From Octopus bimaculoides (taxonomy: Eukaryota): DNA of 64,000 nucleotides. Shown here piece by piece: positions 24,352-36,709 of the stretch. The stretch covers positions 50,822,860-50,886,859 of the forward strand of contig NC_068995.1 of NCBI RefSeq assembly GCF_001194135.2, written 5' to 3'. The translations under genes and the position numbers were made by a program. The number at the start of each line of letters is the position of its first letter. The first letter of the stretch is position 1. The notes under the pieces are model-generated. The model had not been told where the DNA came from, made no database searches, and saw only the letters and a program-made list of their open reading frames with translations.

Positions 24352-25158
24352 TATTACGCACTTTATTGTGTGTTGTTATGCTCATGATCTGGTCAATGGA
24401 AAAATTGCCTTGCATGAAACAAGTCCATGATGCAAAAAAAGGTTGGGGCCCCACTGTTGCCCTAATTGACATAATAAGATCTGTAATGTAGTTGGTAAGA
24501 AAATGGGTTGTGATTGGGTTAAAGATCCTCCAACTAATTAGTTGAATGGTGGTTGGAGGTAGTGGTGGTGGTGGTGGTGGGTGATTGTTTACTTCATAGG
24601 TTTGTTTCAGGAGTCTAGGTTAAATACTGAATAAATATCACTCCAATATTTTTTTTTTTTTTTTTAGTTGGGATGTCAGTTGATGACCTTTTAGCATACA
24701 AACATGGTGGTGCATACCATTTGTTTGCTAAGTTTGAAAATAGTTATAGTCATTAAAACAAGAAGAGGAAAGACAGCTGAGATTACAAACAGTCCACAGG
24801 TATGGAATGTGGTGAGTAAATGAAAATGACACAGATACAGAAGAGAACATACTTTGCATACATACACATACACACATATACATACATACATACACATACA
24901 CACAGGTGAGGTCTTTTAATAACCCTCCCCTCCTCAGGGAAGAAAAAAAAATCAACTAGGTGTGGATGGTTCTTAAGACAGAAATGAAAGCCATAACTGA
25001 TGAGTAATCCTTGCCATTGTGATGCAAATTTAATGGGCAGGTGAGAAGTAGAAGTAGGAGAGTGCTGGACTAAATACCAGATAGCAGCGATTGTTGTTTA
25101 GCCTTAGGATTAACAGACCCTTGATCAAAAGGTATTCCAGCCATGACCATCCTACCTT

Positions 25159-25365
25159 TTCTACTCTAGGCACAAGGCCCGAAATTTTTAGGGAGGGGGG
25201 GGGGCAGTCGATTAGATCGACCCCAGTACGCAACTGGTACTTAATTTATCGACCCTGAAAGGATGAAAGGCAAAGTCGACCTCGGTGGAATTTGAACTCA
25301 GAATGTAAAGACAGACGAAATACTGCTAAGCATTTCGCCCGGCGTGCTAACGTTTCTGCCGTCCT
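25159..25365 (-). mobile_element. Young SINE family B copy with a perfect 16-bp target-site duplication
   Basis: ATGACCATCCTACCTT at 25143-25158 and 25366-25381. CpGs in the head are intact. Confidence 0.9.
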
Positions 25366-27591
25366 ATGACCATCCTACCTTATTTCAAACATGTTGTCTC
25401 TGGGACTACGTTACCCAATACATTATTTCTTTTATAAGTTGACGAGATGTGATCTGGAGGAGATTTAGTTTTTTTTTCAAGCAGATCTAGTCTTCATATA
25501 GAAGTTAATTCAAATTCTTGTACAGAACTATGTTCCTTTTACCCCTAAATCTATAGGGTATAATTCAAAGATGTTATGATTCCTACTTCTAACAGCTCAA
25601 GCAACTAAGTCGAAGCTACTGAAATATTTATGTTTTTAAGTTCAAACCTCAACAGGGTTGACTTTGTCTCCCATCCCTGCTGAGTTTGATAATAGGTGCT
25701 AAGCATATATACTGGTGGTGATTAAATCTATCATATTCCTTCTCTATAAATAAATCTACATCAGTATATTTTTAGTGTTGATTAAATATATTTTCTTTTG
25801 TTTTTGGATTTGGTTTGCAAGATTCTTTATGTGAGTTTGTGTGTTGAAGCATATTTTATTGAGTCTGGGGAGAGTCATTCTCTTTTAGTGCCTTATTATT
25901 TAACACACTCACCAGTAAAGTCCCAACTCATTTACTTATTTATCTTTTTCCTAAAATTTTCATTGCATCTTGCATTGAAAAGGTTGCAAGATGCAACGAA
26001 AATTTTAGGAAGAAATATGGAAACTTTACTGGTGAGTGTGTTAAATAATAAGGCACTAAAAGAGAATGACTCTCCCGAGATACTTTCATTCTCCATTAAT
26101 TTATAACCTTTTGGCAATGTAATAAATCATTATGAGTTAGAAAAATTTAAGAACTACACAGATTAAAAATTATTCTCTTGCAAAAAGTTCACAGCCCAAA
26201 AGCAATAAACACATCAAGAGCATAACATAAATTAACTATTATTATCATTGTCATTATTATAACAAAATTCCAAGTGGGTCAAGTCAACAGTTATATCTTG
26301 AGACTGAGTGATTATGAAGCTTCTCAACTCTCAAGTACTTTACAAAAAATTCTTGCAAAATAGAAGATAGTTTTCTGTAGCCATAATAATCTACGTTTCA
26401 GTTTCGACACATTTCTCTGTATGTTGAACAGCCCTTGCTTTGTCCCTACTGCTCATGTGGATAATAGGGATAACTTTTACTGACTGCCCCATAGTTTTTT
26501 TCAGTTCATTGACTAAGTCCAGATACCGCATTTAAAAATTTTTTAAACTTTATTTCCACTCTGATATTACTAGTCAGTCCACATTATGGTGTAAGCAGCA
26601 TACAACTGGTTTCCTGGTTTCTCTGGCAAATATATTTGTTCCTGGATGGGATGCCAGTCCTTCGCAGGATTACTCATTTTTCCTAGCTGAGTGGACTGCA
26701 GCAACGTGAAATGAAGTGTTTTGCTCAAGAACACAATGCATGGCCCAGTCCAGGAATCGAAACCACAACCTTACAATCATGAATCCAACACCCTAACCAC
26801 AAAGCCATGCACCTCCACTCTGATATTACATGGTATAACAAAATAACCGTACAAAATATCATTGTTGCTTTTCTCTCTATATTATGATTACATCTGGTTT
26901 AAGTGCTTCTAATTACACGGTCAGTTTATACAGTAAGGCTTCATGACATCTTCCAACAGTAATGTACAATAGCAGGTTCTGATGACTAGTTTTCGAACTA
27001 TTTTTACTTCTACTTTAAATCCAGACTTATTACTAAGCCTCCAACTCTATCTTTATATTTACCCTATTGTCCTCTTTTCTATACTTTTTATATTATTTCA
27101 CTTCATTCATACGATTTCAGTTTCAGTCTACTTCACCACATATCTGACACTTTACTGTCTTTCAATTGATTTCTGTCTATTTTAACTTTAACAAGGATGT
27201 CTCGACCACTTGTTCTTGTTTGCTCTAAGAACAGAGTTCTTGGTTTCCAACTTAATCATCCACCTGTTAGCCAAGCCCTTGCACTTTTCTTGCCATATTC
27301 TGTTTGTCTGAAACCTACTCTTCAACACTAATTATTTGTTTACCCTTATGACGTTGGCACATTTGTCTTTCCTCTTCCTCCTGTCATCTTTACCATTTCT
27401 TCTTCCTCAGTAAAGTGATCTTCTGGGATTCCCACTCCTTTTTTTTTCTTTCCCAATGGATGTTCAAGATGAATGTCAACTACACTATGGTTAGAAGCAC
27501 TACTCCTACTTTGACTAAGTTACTTAAAAAAAAAATCATTTGTTACTCATATATATTGTTGTATTTCGGGATGGTCTTTTTTTTTTTTGCC

Positions 27592-27864
27592 AAATAAACA
27601 CATGCACTATGTATTCATTCTTCACTCATCTATTACTGTTCTTATTCTAACTCATGTCTATTGTCTCGGAATCTTTCGTCACACACCTGTGACCTCTTCA
27701 GTGACACTTTCTGTCTCCACGTGTGCTCTTCACACACAAAGATGGAAAGTGTCGCTGAGGAGGTCACAGATGCGTGACGAACGATTTCTGGACAATGGAT
27801 ATGAGCTACACTAAGAATAGTAATAAATGAGTGAAGAATGAATATATAGTGCATGTGTTTATTT
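27592..27864. repeat. 273-bp palindrome (134-bp arms, 5-nt loop)
   Basis: 27592-27725 pairs with 27731-27864 without indels, 112/134 Watson-Crick, loop CTCTT. Confidence 0.95.
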
Positions 27865-29169
27865 TGAAAAAAGACTGACGAAATACTGCTAAGCATTTCG
27901 CCCGGCGTGCTAACGTTTCTGCCAGCTCACCGCCTTCAAGGCTATTAACCTCATTAAATGACTAGTTATTTTCCCAATCACATTCTTCAGAGGAACCTTT
28001 TATTGAAGATCATAATGATATTTGTCTTAAACCTGAATTCACAATTCAGAGGCAACAAACAACATGGCTAAACATAGCCGTTTCAATAAGATCCAAGAAG
28101 AACAGAAGAGAAACAATACTGAAAAGGTGAAATTACTTTTTATCAGTTGTGGTTATAGAAAAACCTGAAACTATAAAGTACATTTATCTCAGTGTTATGA
28201 ACTCAATAACGACTCATTTAATTGCTATAAAATGGAAAAAAAAAAAACACAACCCATTCCCTTGTTGGCTATATGAATATAATGAAAATATACAGGCAAG
28301 AACTTTATCCAGAACAAAATTACTTGAAGTCGAAAAACAATTACACCAATAAGCAACATTTGTGAAATGCAAGAGGAGGGTTGATGGTTGTAATCTTATT
28401 CCCAAGTGTGAAGAGGGCACAAATAATGCTACATGAGTATTCTCCTCTAACAAGGATGACACATGTGACAACAGAAAGAGATCAGACTTCTGCAGTTACC
28501 ATTTTATGTTACCTCACAGTGAGGCTGACTAATAGCACACACTAAATGTCAATGATTATAGCAGCAGGAATTGCAATAAATGTATTATGAGCTGGAAGAG
28601 ACAAGAATATAAACAACTAGTGAAGTGTTTCAAGAAAGAGTATTTTGCTTTTAAAGCAACCACTATAAAACAAACCATTCGGCTGATAAGAGACCTGCCA
28701 AGCTGATGTTGGCAATGATGGATGAAATTAGGGGTTGAGTGGGGCGAATATTTACAACAAAGCAATGTCCTTTGGAGATACTAATCAGTAAACAAAAACA
28801 AAACTTAACAGGAAAATGCCATAATGGATTTGGGAAATGGGAAAAGACTACTGTTTGGCACTGATGCATATCACAAACAAATAACTACATTCATATGCAC
28901 CCTCTACCCCAAATGAAAAATAAAATGTTTGAAGAGGCCCATGCTTTCAAATCATGTTGCCTCATGTTCATTCTTACAATGTGGCACCTTGGGCAAGTGT
29001 GGATCAAGTAGACAAAAGCTGAAAGTAGCTCATCTCTCTCTCTTTCTCTCTCTCTCTGTTCTGGGTTCAGTCCTACTATATGGTACCTTGAGCAAGTGTC
29101 TTCTGCTATAACCTCAGGATGACCAAAACCTTGTGAGTAGATTTAGTTGATGAAAACTGAAGGAGCCAG

Positions 29170-29222
<53 letters not shown>

Positions 29223-29231
29223 ACTAAGAGA

Positions 29232-29716
29232 CATCAGATGTTGTGTGCAAGATAGAAGACTGCACTGGTTTGGTCATGTAATGCATATGGAAGAGGACAG
29301 TTGCGTATAGAAGTGCTGAGGTCTAATTGTGGAGGGCACCTGTGGAAGGAGTAGACCCAGGAAGACATGGGATGAAGTGAGAAAGGATCTTCAGATGCTG
29401 GGCTTCACTGAGGAAATCACAAAGAACTGAGACATGTGGCAATTTGCCATACTTGATAAGACATGTCTTCCACACATACAAGCTTGTCCTTTCAGGTGCC
29501 GGTGCCACATAAAAAGCACCTGTACCGGTGCTGCATGAATGCACCTGTGCTAGTGGCATGTAAAAAGCACCCAGCACACTCTGGGCACCCAGCCATAGAA
29601 ACGATGCCACAGCAGACAATTGGTGTCTGGACAGCTCCCAGCAGCCTGCTCCAGGTCAAATTGTCCAACCCATGCCAGCATGGGAAGTGGATGTTAAACA
29701 AGGATGATGATCATGA
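29232..29716 (+). mobile_element. Decayed RTE LINE 3' end
   Basis: LHWFGHVMHMEEDSC...GRSRPRKTWDEV remnant with stops, then the RTE 3' UTR and ATG-repeat tail. Confidence 0.8.
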
Positions 29717-32700
29717 TCGTAACTAATCACTGAAAGAAGTCAAAACTATATATATTTATATCCAGCCAAGATATGTAGCTGGGAATGGAGATGGGCTAGA
29801 AGTTTCTTCTCATGCAGTTGTATCACATAGACAACTAACACCTAAGCACATCACTCTGCAATTTTCTGTGGCTTTTCTTTGTGTAAATAAAAAAAACAAC
29901 AACTAAATAAACAAATAAATAAATAACAAAGTATGTTTCAGCATTCCACTGTGGCTGACAGACCTGAGGAATTTTACACCAGCTTTAATGTAAAGGTGTA
30001 ACTAATTTTTCGACATATAGCCATGTAACATTCAATGCTTTAGATGCTGTGTGCTTGGTGTTGGGTTAGTACGCAATGCACTGGCTTGCCAATCATTTGA
30101 TGAATTGTTTTATGACCTGACATATGAAACATGCATCTCTAAGTCTTCTTTTATGTTATATATGAGTGCAACGAGTTCAAACTTATTCCCCAAAATATTC
30201 CAGACATACTTCCTGCTTTTGAACTGAAGACAAAATCTAAAGGTGTTGTATGTATTAATATGAATGCGTAAATGATATATTTGTAGAAACATTCATATAT
30301 AGATACATAGACACATACACTCACATATATACATGCATACAGACACATACACTTCACATACATACAAACATAAGTGCATTTGTAAATATATACATAATTA
30401 TACATGCACAAGCACAAACCTATATTGTATATGGTATGACAGTATTATGTTTTTATATGTAGAAACATGCTCACTACATGTTTATGGTAAAGGTGTGTAG
30501 AGATAGTTTATGTCTATATATGGACCTAACATACTACTCTAGTCCTAGGCACATGCGTACAGAAATACACGCACATAAATACTAAATAAAAGGCACCCCT
30601 TTGTTGGGGTGAATGATTTATTAAGACATTTTAGTTAGGTATAGGATTCATACCTGCCTCTTAGGTGAACGTATATATTTCTACATTCATTTTTGGCATT
30701 TTAGAACAGATGAACCAGGACCTATTTTGATATTTAAGTTTACCATAGCAACATTATTTTCCTTATATGTTCACTTTTGTTAAAAGGATTACACAGATTG
30801 CATCCATCACTTTACTCTTCTCTAAATATATAATTCTTTTAGTGCAAATAATGATAGGCGCCAGTAACTTTTTTTTCAAAAACTGTGCTACCAACAATGC
30901 CTCATGCATACCACACGATTTCCAATGAAAATGCAAGAACTTCTATGTGGTTGGGTTGCTTAACCTGACAGAAATACCAGCTGAATTGCTATCAAATTAC
31001 ACCCTTTCATCTTATTAAGGAATACACTGGACGATGTAGTGCTACATATACAAATAGATGGAATGGTCACAATCAGAACACCTTTGGTTCTTAGCCTGCT
31101 CAGTCAGGGATGACTTCTATTTAAACAATGAAACTATCAAATAATCCAATTGACAGTGTAAGCTAATACAGGCTTTAGAATATATTGATAAAATGAAAAC
31201 ATATTATGAACAAAATTTTAAAACAAAATTAAACAAGAGTGCTTGAGATTAAGATTCAGGTATATTCTAAATCAACGATGATAAATATTACCTTTTATTA
31301 TCAATACTGCTTCTGTCACTATTAATTATTTTTTAATAAGTCTACTGGCTATTTGCAACATCGATGCCTGATTAGGCACCGTGATTCCATGTATATTGCT
31401 AGCGTAGGAATCACTGCTACTTCCAGTTATCAGGTGTCTACCATTGACAAGGCCTAGGAAGGCTGAAATCACATGATCTGGTAGTCCTGGCGGCAGCAAT
31501 GACAGTTGATTATTTCCTGCTAGTTGTGTAAACAAGAGTACTTATACACACCAAAATTCCATACAAGAGGTTCTTTCATGGTAACTATCACAGATTTCTG
31601 TGTTCCAACAAAACATCCATTTTTAAGTGGTGATGAATATTAACATTCATTTAATTTTATAAACTGCCATCCTGCTATAAGGCCATTTTAGTAAGCATCA
31701 TCTTGCTTCCACAGCCATCTAGTTTTATGCTAGCATAATAAAGAGTATCTCATTAGCCTAGATTTTCCAAACAGTTACTATGCTACATGCCTAATTAAAT
31801 TTTTATTCTTTTCACACTGATAATGCGTTTTTTAGTACTCACTGAATATAAAAAAAAGACAAGTACACAAGCTTTTTAAAAAATGAAAATTTGAAATTCC
31901 CATCTATTTTCCTGTTGTTGGTCTCTAGTAGGGAAAAACATATTCTTTATTAGAGAAGACAATGAGATGCATGTTTTAATAATCTGAACAAATTATCAAT
32001 GAGACCAGTAAGATTTTTATGAAAAAAAAATCCCAAAGGTTTAATTACTCAGAGACATCATTTGCATGAAAAACAATAGTTAAGTTAGTGTCAACATATT
32101 TAATGCAAAGAGAATTAAAATTTTAATTAGAAATGTTTATCATCTTGCTAAGTATGGGAGACAACTTTGAACATGGTTTGGTCTCATTAGACCTCCTCAG
32201 CCAAACACAACATTCTCTATATTGCCAAAGCAGCAATAGGTGAAACACTAAACAGATGTAGAATATTGCATACAAGCAGGTTTACTATCTTGATCCTGTG
32301 AAAGGAAACTTCTAAACATTTGCTAGATTTACTTAATGTTGTAGCAATCAAAACCTCTCTCTACAATCTCCCTAATGTCTTTAGAATGGATACCATGGGA
32401 TTTCAAGCCTTAGATTGTAAGACAACAGTGTTTTACATTACACATAGGATGGTTTTACAGTTAAAATGCCAAAACTGACTGTTGAAAACTGCCTTTTGTG
32501 CCTTAGTTTCATTACAAGTTGTCTACTTTAGAAGATCTGACTGATACAGGAAAGAAATGTTTCAAAAATAAACCAAAAAGACAAGAAACAAGAGCAATAA
32601 CGGTAGAGGGGCTTCTGAATGGGTGGGTCAACCTATTAGAGATAGCAGCAAAATTTCCCTTATATCACAACTCAATGTCTTTAAAAGGATATCTAAGACT

Positions 32701-33236
32701 AAATTAGGTAGACACATGACTCTGTAAGAAAAGGAAAAAAAGGGACACTGTAGCTGGCCTGGCATGCTTTTGATCATAAGTCTTCTCAAATCAGGGCCAA
32801 CCTAGGACTAAATAACAACAGCATTCTAATGGATTTGCAGGTAATTAATGGGAACGCTTTGCTTCAATGATAAAGTTTCCCTAGGGGTGAAACAGTTCGA
32901 AATAATTTATACTGAATTGTTTCTAATCTCATTTCCTCCCCCCACAAATAACAGAAAGAAAAAAAGGATAAAAAGAATACCCCCATTCCAGATTCCCCCA
33001 ACACCCTACTATAGCTGTCTTCTTGCTTCTCCACCTTCTCTATTATAAATAACAGGCATTTTTACCTACTTCCCTTTGTGCTGTCAAGGTTAGGCCACAG
33101 TTGACTAGTCAACCTTTATTTAGGGTTACTTCAAATTTCTTTTTGTACCTCATAGCTTTTTCCTATACAGTAATGATACAAACTAAACATGTGCTAGATA
33201 AATGAATTCAAATTTGTCGCTATTAATTATTATTAT

Positions 33237-33670
33237 TAAGGCGGCAAGCTGGGCAAAAGGCTTAGCAGCATTTCATCCGTCTTGATGTTCTGAGTTCAAA
33301 TTCTGCTGAAGTTAACTTCATCTTTCATCCTTTCGGGGTCAATAAAAATAAGCACCAGCTGAGTACTGAGGTCAATGTCATCAACTTGCCCCCCCTCCCC
33401 CAAACTTGCTGGCCTTGTGCTAAAATTTGAAACCATCATCATCATTATTATTATTTAAGGCGATGAGCTGGCAGAATCGTTAGCACGCCGGATGAAATAC
33501 TTAGCAGTATTTCATCTGCTGCTGTTCTGAGTTCAAATTCTGTCGAGGTCGACATTGCCTTTCATCCTTTAGGGGTCGATTAAATAAGTACTAGTTACGC
33601 ACTGGGTTCGATGTAATTGACTTAATCCCTTCCCTCCAAGCTGCCCTTGTGGCAAAAATTTGAAATCATC
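33237..33670 (+). mobile_element. Head-to-tail tandem pair of SINE family B
   Basis: Two copies (about 33237-33435 and 33457-33670), each head AAGGCG..GAGCTGG to tail AAATTTGAAA(C/T)CATCATC. Confidence 0.8.
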
Positions 33671-34038
33671 ATCATTATAATTATTATGTCAAGCTTGCAG
33701 AATTGTTAGTGGATGGTTTGACAGGAGCTAGCAAGTCAGAAGACTGTGCCAAGCTCTGCTATCTGCTTTGGCATGGTATCTATTACCGCTGGATGCCCTT
33801 CCTAAAGCCAGCCATTTTACAGAGTGGACTGGGTGCTTTTTATGCGGCACCAACATCAGTGAGTTCACCAAATAATTCACAAGACAAGACCCTTCAGATG
33901 AGGATGGTGGCGAGAGTAGTACTGAGTGTGTATACCTAGGAGTAGGTATGGCTGTATGGTTCAGAAGCTCACTTCTCAGCCAAACAGCCATGCTTGTACT
34001 TATGCACTTTTATTATGCCTGGAGCTAACAACAACTGA

Positions 34039-34069
<31 letters not shown>

Positions 34070-35061
34070 NNNNNNNNNNNNNNNNNNNNNNNNNNNNNNN
34101 NNNNNNNNNNNNNNNNNNNNNNNNNNNNNNNNNNNNNNNNNNNNNNNNNNNNNNNNNNNNNNNNNNNNNNNNNNNNNNNNNNNNNNNNNNNNNNNNNNNN
34201 NNNNNNNNNNNNNNNNNNNNNNNNNNNNNNNNNNNNNNNNNNNNNNNNNNNNNNNNNNNNNNNNNNNNNNNNNNNNNNNNNNNNNNNNNNNNNNNNNNNN
34301 NNNNNNNNNNNNNNNNNNNNNNNNNNNNNNNNNNNNNNNNNNNNNNNNNNNNNNNNNNNNNNNNNNNNNNNNNNNNNNNNNNNNNNNNNNNNNNNNNNNN
34401 NNNNNNNNNNNNNNNNNNNNNNNNNNNNNNNNNNNNNNNNNNNNNNNNNNNNNNNNNNNNNNNNNNNNNNNNNNNNNNNNNNNNNNNNNNNNNNNNNNNN
34501 NNNNNNNNNNNNNNNNNNNNNNNNNNNNNNNNNNNNNNNNNNNNNNNNNNNNNNNNNNNNNNNNNNNNNNNNNNNNNNNNNNNNNNNNNNNNNNNNNNNN
34601 NNNNNNNNNNNNNNNNNNNNNNNNNNNNNNNNNNNNNNNNNNNNNNNNNNNNNNNNNNNNNNNNNNNNNNNNNNNNNNNNNNNNNNNNNNNNNNNNNNNN
34701 NNNNNNNNNNNNNNNNNNNNNNNNNNNNNNNNNNNNNNNNNNNNNNNNNNNNNNNNNNNNNNNNNNNNNNNNNNNNNNNNNNNNNNNNNNNNNNNNNNNN
34801 NNNNNNNNNNNNNNNNNNNNNNNNNNNNNNNNNNNNNNNNNNNNNNNNNNNNNNNNNNNNNNNNNNNNNNNNNNNNNNNNNNNNNNNNNNNNNNNNNNNN
34901 NNNNNNNNNNNNNNNNNNNNNNNNNNNNNNNNNNNNNNNNNNNNNNNNNNNNNNNNNNNNNNNNNNNNNNNNNNNNNNNNATCAAACCAATGAGGCATGC
35001 TTTATATAGCTGTGCTTGACCTGATAGAAACAGAAGCAAAAATGTATGTGTGTGTGTGTGC

Positions 35062-35140
<79 letters not shown>

Positions 35141-35586
35141 GTAAACCAATGAAGGATTCTTTATATAGCTGTGCTTGACCTGATAGAAACAGAAGCAAAA
35201 ATATCTCTCTCAAATCATAGTTTGTGTGTGTGCTTGTGTGTGTATGTGTGTGTGTGTGCTTGTGTGTGTGTGTGTGTGTGCTTGTGTGTGTGTGTGTGTG
35301 TGTGTGTATCTATCTATCTAGTAAACCAATAAAGGATTCTTTATATAGCTGTGCTTGACCTGATAGAAACAGAAGCAAAATCTCCCTCAAATCATATTCT
35401 ACTAGCTTAAAAAAGAATGGTTGTATTAGCTAATATTGTCCTAAATACACTGTTTGTACAAAAGATGGGATAATTATGATTAGATTAAAATAGGCCTGGT
35501 GTATCAAGGCTGATCTGGGGTTAAATGACTACAATAGAAAAAACAACACATTGGCTAAAGAATGAAAATCCCATTTTTTTCCACTG

Positions 35587-36709
35587 TCATCATCATCATC
35601 ATCATCGTTTAACGTCCGCTTTCCATGCTAGCATGGGTTGGACGATTTGACTGAGGACTGGTGAAACCGGATGGCAACACCAGGCTCCAGTCTGATTTGG
35701 CAGAGTTTCTACAGCTGGATGCCCTTCCTAACGCCAACCACTCAGAGAGTGTAGTGGGTGCTTTTACGTGTCACCCGCACGAAAACGGCCACGCTCGAAA
35801 TGGTGTCTTTTATGTGCCACCCNNNNNNNNNNNNNNNNNNNNNNNNNNNNNNNNNNNNNNNNNNNNNNNNNNNNNNNNNNNNNNNNNNNNNNNNNNNNNN
35901 NNNNNNNNNNNNNNNNNNNNNNNNNNNNNNNNNNNNNNNNNNNNNNNNNNNNNNNNNNNNNNNNNNNNNNNNNNNNNNNNNNNNNNNNNNNNNNNNNNNN
36001 NNNNNNNNNNNNNNNNNNNNNNNNNNNNNNNNNNNNNNNNNNNNNNNNNNNNNNNNNNNNNNNNNNNNNNNNNNNNNNNNNNNNNNNNNNNNNNNNNNNN
36101 NNNNNNNNNNNNNNNNNNNNNNNNNNNNNNNNNNNNNNNNNNNNNNNNNNNNNNNNNNNNNNNNNNNNNNNNNNNNNNNNNNNNNNNNNNNNNNNNNNNN
36201 NNNNNNNNNNNNNNNNNNNNNNNNNNNNNNNNNNNNNNNNNNNNNNNNNNNNNNNNNNNNNNNNNNNNNNNNNNNNNNNNNNNNNNNNNNNNNNNNNNNN
36301 NNNNNNNNNNNNNNNNNNNNNNNNNNNNNNNNNNNNNNNNNNNNNNNGGGTAAGAGCTCTCTAAACTTTGCCCAGGCTATTCTTATTCTAGCAGCTACAC
36401 TTTCAGCGCACCCACCCCCACTACTAACTTGGTCGCCCAGATAGCGGAAGCTATCGACTACCTCTAGTTTTTCACCCTGGAATGAGATAGAAGTTGTTTC
36501 CTGTTTGTTTGCAGTCTTTATTGCACCTGAACATCTGCCACAAACAAAAACTAACTTGCTAGTTAACCTGCCTTTGATGTTGCTGCACCTCTTATGTGTC
36601 CATAGCTTGCACCGGGTACATCTTATAGAGTTACTACCTACTCCTTTTCTACATACTGAGCAGGGCCATCTACCTGAAGGGGGGCCATCTACCTGAAGGG
36701 GGGCCATCT
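35587..36709 (-). mobile_element. Young 5'-truncated RTE-clade LINE with a 525-nt gap, same subfamily as 11486-12062
   Basis: 3' UTR nearly identical to the 11.5-kb copy. ORF2 fragment ...LEVVDSFRYLGDQVSSGGGCAESVAARIRIAWAKFRELLP includes the RT FxYLG motif. Confidence 0.9.

Noticed and set aside
28513-28591. 79-nt acceptor/donor-bounded segment on the minus strand (possible poison exon)
   Set aside because: Stop codon in the third codon and no independent support. Such pairs are expected by chance in a 20-kb intron.
31326-31535. 69-aa minus-strand ORF in intron 2 with a plausible acceptor
   Set aside because: Its open frame needs phase 1, but intron 2 is phase 2, where splicing in gives an immediate TAA. 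It starts at TTG, has no good donor, and has no recognisable homology.
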